Below, piece after piece: positions 57,730 to 64,000 of a DNA stretch of 64,000 nt. Both the position numbers and the translations under genes were made by a program. The stretch lies in IMG/VR virus record IMGVR_UViG_3300021399_000099, positions 1 through 64,000 of that record; one strand, written 5' to 3'. Every line of letters starts with the position of its first letter. Position 1 is the stretch's first letter. The stretch is from a virus. Taxonomy: Duplodnaviria > Caudoviricetes. Under the pieces are notes generated by a model, which did no database searches, was not told the DNA's origin, and worked only from the letters and a program-made list of their open reading frames with translations.

Positions 57730-58134
57730 ATGTGTTTATGTAAAACCCACAACGAACCAAAGATAGCCCATCACGATATCGAGGTATGGAAAATACTTAC
57801 GGATAAAGGGCTGTCGCCGTATCTGGATTACCAGTATCACCCGGGAATGAACAAACCTGCGTGTGCGAAAACAATGCCGGTCCCTGTCGAACAGCAACAT
57901 ATTAGAGGCGGATATCTGCATGCGTACGTATCCCATAAAAGGGCCGAGGAATATACTGTTCTTCTCCAGAAAATTCCCCCGAAAATTTTTGAAGACTATG
58001 TGGTCCAGAGAATGCTAATCCCCAAGGGCTCAATATATTATGAGGGCGCGAATGATGATATATGTGCCGAATGCCTCTATTGGCCAGAGGAAGACACCGT
58101 CCATCCCAACCCTATAAAGATTATGGAGATATGA
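57730..58134 (+). CDS. Hypothetical protein, paralogue of 58554-58925
   Basis: MCL...KILT...SP...GYLHAY...IPKG..Y..G; promoter at 57610. Confidence 0.85.
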   Translation: MCLCKTHNEPKIAHHDIEVWKILTDKGLSPYLDYQYHPGMNKPACAKTMPVPVEQQHIRGGYLHAYVSHKRAEEYTVLLQKIPPKIFEDYVVQRMLIPKGSIYYEGANDDICAECLYWPEEDTVHPNPIKIMEI

Positions 58135-58337
58135 AAAAGAAAACTGCAGATTCATCCCGGGACAGCACAAAATATTACCGGGCCACATATGTGACGTCAG
58201 ACGGCGGTACCATACAGGAGGTGTTTATCGCCAGGACCTTGGACGAAGCTAAGGAATACGCTGCCGGTCCGAATCTGTACGACCGGACTCTCCAGGGAAT
58301 AGAGGAGTTTAATGAATTAATTGAATCACTATTATGA
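58131..58337 (+). CDS. Hypothetical protein
   Basis: ATGA-coupled; start trimmed to 58131. Confidence 0.75.
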   Translation: MKKKTADSSRDSTKYYRATYVTSDGGTIQEVFIARTLDEAKEYAAGPNLYDRTLQGIEEFNELIESLL

Positions 58338-58553
58338 GAAACAGATTTACAGACACAGGACTCACCGCGGTCTCAGAGTTCCTAGAGACGGGCAAACTTC
58401 ACGGAACAACAGCCGAGGCAATCTACTGGGCGATTACAGCAGCCATAGCCGGCGAGGCCCATACAGTCGAGGAGGCACTTGTACAGGGGGCAAGTGAGTG
58501 GTATAAGTAAAAAAGCCCCGGGGAAAAAACATCATTAATGAAATAGTAAGAAT

Positions 58554-58925
58554 ATGTGTTTAGTCAAGACAGAAGAAACAGCAAGGGTTGCAACCGAACC
58601 GATAAAGGTATATAAGATTCTCACGGCAGACAACCGCAGCCCATTCCGGAACTATCGTTATAACGTAGGAGAGAACACGGCATATGGTCGCAATATCTTC
58701 TCAAGTGCCGGTCGTACGATAGACAGTGGATATCTCCACGCATATTTGTCACAGCCCGAAGCATATTCGAATCTTGCAATATTGCGGGGTTCATTAATTG
58801 GAACCCTCTCATTAAAGGTAGTTGAAATGTATATACCTGTAGGAACTGAGTACTGGTTGGGTGAAGGTTATGAAGTCGCCGCGGAACGTCTCGTTTGGCC
58901 GGACACTAATCTACCCTCCCAGTAA
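58554..58925 (+). CDS. Hypothetical protein, paralogue of 57730-58134
   Basis: MCL...KILT...SP...GYLHAY...IPVG..Y..G. Confidence 0.85.
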   Translation: MCLVKTEETARVATEPIKVYKILTADNRSPFRNYRYNVGENTAYGRNIFSSAGRTIDSGYLHAYLSQPEAYSNLAILRGSLIGTLSLKVVEMYIPVGTEYWLGEGYEVAAERLVWPDTNLPSQ

Positions 58926-59000
58926 TAGGGACTCTTTTGAGTACCTTTTTTCTACCATTCCGTTTCACCCCGCTATTTATAAAGGATAAAACTTAATAGC

Positions 59001-59261
59001 GTGATGAATACATTCCTTACAAAGATTGCCATGCTTGGTCTGTTCCTTCTGGCGGTAACCTGTGCCTGGGCTGCCCTCGTTATGGTCTTCCCGGTATCCC
59101 TCGTGAATATTCTCCTAGGGATACTTGCAGCATTCTTCCTCCTCAGGGCATTCGAATTGGCCGATAAAGTCAATAAGCTCGGTCCGTACTCCGAAGGTGA
59201 AGAAGAAGATAGCCCACCACAGAAGAACGGGGATAATAACGATTCCCCGGGTGAAGAATAA
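59001..59261 (+). CDS. Small two-helix membrane protein (holin/spanin-like possible)
   Basis: Two hydrophobic helices and a charged tail; TATTTAT at 58974. Confidence 0.7.
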   Translation: MMNTFLTKIAMLGLFLLAVTCAWAALVMVFPVSLVNILLGILAAFFLLRAFELADKVNKLGPYSEGEEEDSPPQKNGDNNDSPGEE

Positions 59262-59801
59262 AAACTTAGCTATCAAAACAAGGCGGTCATCCAGAACATA
59301 CCTGGGTGGCCGCTAAACTTATATCCCCAGGAAGATATGATAAGTACCACCAATAAGTACTCTTTTGAGGACCTTTTCTTTAGTCGTCTGCAGGTGAATA
59401 ATATGCAACCGGAATGAATACTGAATACTGGGGTGTCCTTAAGCCCGCTATAGATATACCGGAACTGACATCTTGGCATATACCCGTAGGGCTAGCCGGA
59501 CAATTATGCGGCAACTACAAATCGTAACTGCCTTGCCCCTTACCAGTTATAATCTGTAAGTGCCCCCCTTATCACATAGATATCCGGGGGCACGTAATAA
59601 ATCGAAATCACTCCCGGGCGAATTACACTTTCTTAGTTTCAGTACCGGTTCTCCTTACATATGGATAAAAAAGTGGGCGATAAAGTTATTAGCCGAAAGA
59701 TATCTTGCTGGAATTGTTTATTTTTATTATTAAAAAATTTTAAAAAAAAATTCACAAGGAACAGTTTTTTCTATTATTTTCCCATACCCTCACTGTCAAG
59801 A

Positions 59802-60080
59802 AATCCTTACTCCAAGCATAATCCGCTTAATCAAAGTTTTTTTCATACTTTTCGCCTATCCCGACTGTTCAAAAATTCTTACTCCTTACATAATCTTATC
59901 TAATCAAAACTTTTCCTCACTCCAACCATCGAAAAGAATCCTTACTCCTTACATATTTCCATCTGTCGAAAAGAATCCTTACTCCTTACATAAAACAATA
60001 GGGCAAAATTACATAGAGTTAAAATCCTGTCATCCCCACTGAGAATCCTTACTCCTCGCATAGTCTTACTTCCCTTATGT
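59802..60080 (+). repeat. Iteron-like direct repeats AATCCTTACTCC(TTACAT)
   Basis: Copies at 59802, 59874, 59937, 59974 and 60044, plus degenerate ones, inside a 1.2-kb intergenic region and followed by AT-rich DNA. Confidence 0.8.
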
Positions 60081-60465
60081 TTCTATTTAGTTCTCTTACA
60101 TTTCTCCTCATTTCTCTTAGATTTCTCTTATTTTTTCTTTTTAAAAATTATCTCCTCTCTCACGCCTGATTTTTAAAAAAACTTAACAACTAAAATGTCA
60201 TTAAATCAGGTGGAACGAGGGCTTTAAGTACCATTTATCCTAACTGGTTGAATATGAATATCTTAACATAGATTACTTATAGTCAAAATTATTTAAGTGT
60301 AGATAAGTCGTTATAAATCACATTCTTGGGGTTTTCTTTAGATTTTCCCGGATACACAAATGAAGGTATGTATTGGGTAGAATATGTTATAATTGGGGTT
60401 ATATATTATTCCTTGTTTTTCTTCATTGTGAGACTATTTATACTAAGTAAAAACAAGTATCTATT

Positions 60466-61959
60466 ATGAGAAACATAAGAAAGTTTGAGACCTATGATGA
60501 GTTCTTGGCGGCGCAGGAAGCCGTTTCCGGGAATGGTGCGTACGTTGAGGATATTGTGCCCGGCTTCGCTTACGTAAAGGAGCTGCTTGATTCCGGGAAG
60601 GGGTGTGTGTTCTATAATAAGACTGCTGAACCCGTGCCCGATGATGACTATGTATTCGGTGACATCGTATATTACGTGGAGGGGCAGGAGAAACTCCAGA
60701 AATGCTACTGGTCGGCATTTACACCTGATATGGGTGAGAAGGTAGGGCTTATCGTGGTGCCTACAAACCTTGCACCTGATGGCAATGCACGTATGATGCC
60801 GTTCGGGTTTATATCACAAGAACAACAAGAGCAGTCGGGACCGATGATGGCATCTAACCCTAATGCAAAGAATGCAAATGGTGGTGACCTTGTCCTTGGG
60901 GCTAACGATGTCACATATGAGCCGATTAGTGCTGGTTGGACGGATGACCTCTTTGACGAAAACCAGACATTCTTCAACTATGTGCCGGGATTCCCGCTTA
61001 ATGGGGAAAATGATGGCGGCGGTGAAGTAGTTGCTGCAGCGGCATCTGTTCCTGGAAGTGAGGGTGAGGAGACAAACTATCAATATGCTGTGCCGATTAA
61101 TACCGCATTATACTCTTCTGACGTGCATAATGCATATGGAACCCCGAACCCATATACGGAAGGTGAGGCGTATCCATATAGTAGCGGGGATGCTGCGATT
61201 TCTCCGTTCCTTGGGGACTCACTGGATAGGCAGGACCCGGCTTACCTATACCCTACACTGGTTGGCGGGAGCATTGGACCAAGCCCTATTAAAAGCGGGA
61301 TTATCGGCGGCAACAACTATAATGCATTCTCTGACTTCAGCGGATATACCTGGACCTATGGGTGCCCTCCTACATATGAACCCATCATTTCGAATGACCC
61401 GGGCGGTGAAGTTTTAGCAGCAAGCAATCCTGTAGAACCTGTTCTTGGTGCGTATTTTCCTCACAACTATGCCAGGATGTTCTCAACGGATGGTACAGCA
61501 GAGGGTGACTGGTATCTTCCTTCAATGGGCGAAATGGGATTCGTTGCGGCAAGGTTCGATATGATTGTAAATACCATAATGATGTATCTATACGAAGAGG
61601 GGGCACTGAACAACCTTGATACCCTTTTAGTTAAGACTTTCAACGTCTTTACAAGCACTGCCGGTGTATATACCAATAACGGCGGAATAGCAAAATCCGG
61701 GGAATTACTTAAGTCATCCGTGCCAGGGGATTCAAATACTGATTTGGATGTATATCCTGTTTTATTCTTTAAACAAAAGATAGCTGGTGGCAAAGGAGAC
61801 GGGGTTGGGCTCGTTCCTATTCCTGCAAACCAACCGTCCTATATCATTCCTTTCGCTATGATTAAGGGCGGCGAAATCCAGCATACAATGGGTGACTATA
61901 CCGAAGAGAACGGACACCAGATGAAAGACATTGTTAATAACGTTGCCGAGACACTTTAA
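60466..61959 (+). CDS. Acidic Gly/Pro-rich protein with a C-type-lectin-like (DUF1566-like) motif
   Basis: GDWYLPSMGEMG near the C-terminus; TATTTAT at 60435. Confidence 0.65.
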   Translation: MRNIRKFETYDEFLAAQEAVSGNGAYVEDIVPGFAYVKELLDSGKGCVFYNKTAEPVPDDDYVFGDIVYYVEGQEKLQKCYWSAFTPDMGEKVGLIVVPTNLAPDGNARMMPFGFISQEQQEQSGPMMASNPNAKNANGGDLVLGANDVTYEPISAGWTDDLFDENQTFFNYVPGFPLNGENDGGGEVVAAAASVPGSEGEETNYQYAVPINTALYSSDVHNAYGTPNPYTEGEAYPYSSGDAAISPFLGDSLDRQDPAYLYPTLVGGSIGPSPIKSGIIGGNNYNAFSDFSGYTWTYGCPPTYEPIISNDPGGEVLAASNPVEPVLGAYFPHNYARMFSTDGTAEGDWYLPSMGEMGFVAARFDMIVNTIMMYLYEEGALNNLDTLLVKTFNVFTSTAGVYTNNGGIAKSGELLKSSVPGDSNTDLDVYPVLFFKQKIAGGKGDGVGLVPIPANQPSYIIPFAMIKGGEIQHTMGDYTEENGHQMKDIVNNVAETL

Positions 61960-62075
61960 TAAACTGATACTACATTAAAACAAATAAGCCCGAGGAACTT
62001 ATAATCCACGGGTTTTATTTTTGTCTCATAATCATAATATTTATATACAGAAAAAATTATAAACTAAAAATTATT

Positions 62076-62597
62076 ATGCTTAAAACTTCTCTTCTGTTTG
62101 TTGTTGCCGGCGTCATTCTCCTCTTTGTATTCGTGTCTGCCGGAATTATTCGCTTCGGGCTCCTGGACTCATATTCATCGTATTCCCCTAAGTGGGCCAG
62201 GGCTGTACCTATGAACAACACCAGTCTGTGGGATACGATAACATTTATGGCTGGAACGTTTATGCTGCCGGCAATCTTTGAACTTGCTGTCGGTTCCCCC
62301 TGGATGTTCCTGGGCCTCCTTGCACCCATATATATGATGATAACGGCACTTAAACCGAACTGGAACACCTCCAGGAACGCATTCCTTACACATTCGTTCT
62401 TTACGTTGATTGGAACCCTGGGAACCATTATCTGGGCAATATTCATAATGCACGCGGTCAAGGTAGTAGCAGTTACTGGCGTCTTCTATATGACCATCGC
62501 ACTGCTCACCGGAACATTGAAAAGCTCGGCAGTATTCTGGGCGGAACTCTGGATGTTCATTACAACTTACCTTTCCATAATACTCTTATTGATATAA
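62076..62597 (+). CDS. Multi-pass membrane protein
   Basis: About 5-6 hydrophobic segments; TATTTAT at 62038. Confidence 0.85.
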   Translation: MLKTSLLFVVAGVILLFVFVSAGIIRFGLLDSYSSYSPKWARAVPMNNTSLWDTITFMAGTFMLPAIFELAVGSPWMFLGLLAPIYMMITALKPNWNTSRNAFLTHSFFTLIGTLGTIIWAIFIMHAVKVVAVTGVFYMTIALLTGTLKSSAVFWAELWMFITTYLSIILLLI

Positions 62598-62710
62598 AAA
62601 CGGGGCACAACCAAAAACGTCAATATATTTTTCACCCCCTTAAAACTATTTATGAAGTAACAAAAATGCACACGGCTTTCTGGGTCGTGTGCATTTCATT
62701 AATCCGCTCT

Positions 62711-63223
62711 TTAAGCCACAATAGAAAAGTTCTCCTCAATCACAAACTTTAGAACGATATCAACACTGTGCTCAAAATCGTCAGGTGCATCATCCCCGAA
62801 GACCTCTTTCCTCGTATCATCGTCCAAGATTGATATTGACGCGTCGAATCCTCCGGTTGATGTCGTATAATAAAGTTTATCGTCGGTAGGATAATCTTCA
62901 AGTTTGTCCTTGTCGAGCTCTTTTTCCTGGTATTCTGCCGCTTCATAGACGAGTTCCTCGAGCATTTTTCTGGCGTGTTTCCTAATGTCCTCTACTTCTG
63001 GGACATAGGTTGATAGTTCCGGAAACTCACGGTTAATATGTACGGTCCGCCCGAGTTCTTTCAATTCCTCAATCTCACTTTTTCCGGCAGACCATTCCCA
63101 ACCAAGGGCCTCCATTGCGATGTCTATCTTTCCAAAATCAAACCCATCAAGGATGTCGTGGATACGATTCCACATCTGCTTTACGCCATCAGCGGTTGCG
63201 ATGTACTCCTTAAGCAATTTCAT
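62711..63223 (-). CDS. Acidic hypothetical protein
   Basis: FDFGKI..AM..LGW.W motif; start trimmed to ATG 63223. Confidence 0.82.
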   Translation of the reverse strand: MKLLKEYIATADGVKQMWNRIHDILDGFDFGKIDIAMEALGWEWSAGKSEIEELKELGRTVHINREFPELSTYVPEVEDIRKHARKMLEELVYEAAEYQEKELDKDKLEDYPTDDKLYYTTSTGGFDASISILDDDTRKEVFGDDAPDDFEHSVDIVLKFVIEENFSIVA

Positions 63224-63548
63224 CAGTTTGGTCCTCGGCAAAATATTCAGTGATTAGTCCGTTAATCACCTTAAGTTCAATTTCAAGGTCCCTGCGTTCA
63301 AGTGCGAGGTTGATACGCTTCCTTACCCAAGCCTCGGTGTCAAGGTTCTCACCAACGACAAGTGCCTGGGTCGAACGGACTGAAAGGTCTTCCATAGATA
63401 CAATCTCGTTGTCAATGTTACGCATGCGTTTCTCAATGTTCCTCTTCTCATCCTCGAAGGTCTCCTGCGTTGCATCTGCAAGATTCTTGGCACGCTTCTG
63501 AAGGACAGCGTCGCCGGTAGTAGTCAAAATGCTTTCAAATTTTCCCAT
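63210..63548 (-). CDS. Coiled-coil hypothetical protein
   Basis: 112-aa ORF overlapping the next gene. Confidence 0.82.
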   Translation of the reverse strand: MGKFESILTTTGDAVLQKRAKNLADATQETFEDEKRNIEKRMRNIDNEIVSMEDLSVRSTQALVVGENLDTEAWVRKRINLALERRDLEIELKVINGLITEYFAEDQTDEIA

Positions 63549-63584
63549 AATGTGTTGTGTATTAAATGCTTATAAACGTTATTT

Positions 63585-63872
63585 TTATCTGTGCTTTATA
63601 TAATATTTTTCTTTATCCCAAACGAATTTAACTTCATTGTGTTCATTCCTTATCTGTTCAACCACTTCTTTGGCGATAGTGTCGATAAGTTCTTTATTAA
63701 CAACGGTACCATTGTCATCACTCCCACGAATTGACCAACAAGATGAATCATTGTCGTCACAGTCGCGAATTGCCCAAGGGGATGATTCATTCGTTGTCAA
63801 TAATCTCAGCTTTTCCGGCTGACCACCATTCCACAGGTTATAAGGACCATAATCCATACTGGTTTCACCCAT
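63585..63872 (-). CDS. Hypothetical protein
   Basis: 95-aa ORF with a short internal duplication (SPWAIRDCDD / SCWSIRGSDD). Confidence 0.7.
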   Translation of the reverse strand: MGETSMDYGPYNLWNGGQPEKLRLLTTNESSPWAIRDCDDNDSSCWSIRGSDDNGTVVNKELIDTIAKEVVEQIRNEHNEVKFVWDKEKYYIKHR

Positions 63873-64000
63873 ATTCTCTTCCTCCTTAACGATATTTTAA
63901 AATATATTTATAGTGGGCTGGCAATACATGATGATAGTTGTCGGGCAATACATAGCGATAGTTGGCGGGCTCCTCTACGTCGTTCGTCGAACATTCATCA

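Larger units (their letters stand above)
35137..58949 (+). repeat. Eight copies of the imperfect dyad GG(T/G)AC-N4-TTGAGTACCTTTT
   Basis: At 35137, 43082, 49205, 50081, 51999, 54086, 56167 and 58928. Confidence 0.8.

Noticed and set aside
59937-59991. CTCCTTA repeats as 16S rRNA 3'-end (anti-SD) fragments
   Set aside because: There is no surrounding rRNA-like sequence, and the match is too short to support.
60466-61959. Diversity-generating retroelement target
   Set aside because: A WYLPS motif is present, but I saw no reverse transcriptase and no template/variable repeat pair in the window.
1-64000. Stop-codon recoding (TAG read as Gln, as in Lak phages)
   Set aside because: Long genes are intact in code 11, and TAG stops coincide with gene and promoter boundaries.

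Overview
This window is a 64-kb piece of a large (jumbo-type) tailed-phage genome in the standard genetic code. The host is most likely a Bacteroidota, judging by the Bacteroidota-type bS21 and the A-rich leaders with no Shine-Dalgarno sequence. Region 1-26 kb holds virion, tail-fibre-like and auxiliary genes: ClpC, IF-1, a small heat-shock protein, an AAA ATPase, a metallophosphoesterase, a KTSC-SLOG fusion, an InPase-domain protein, a CHAP-like amidase and a glycosyltransferase. Many of these are preceded by a TATTTAT motif, and several share an N-terminal I/L-x-E helix motif. Region 26.7-59 kb is a divergent array of about 70 short, mostly unknown and often acidic genes. Most of them have their own sigma54 (RpoN)-type -24/-12 promoter (TGGCAC-N5-TTGCW; 54 copies counted by eye). 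Interleaved with these are 19 copies of an exactly spaced, orientation-independent element GGGGTATATTAA-N19-TTAA and 8 copies of a dyad ending in TTGAGTACCTTTT. I interpret this as a candidate phage sigma54 regulon with a tiled enhancer; it is the main finding. The array is bounded by two non-coding repeat regions: A/T tracts plus G-runs at 26.3-26.65 kb and iteron-like repeats at 59.8-60.1 kb. Near 54-56 kb lie rpsU, two atypical tRNA-like elements and a tRNA-Gln(UUG) split in its anticodon by a group I intron. All motif positions and counts were read manually, and family calls come from recognised motifs, not database searches.
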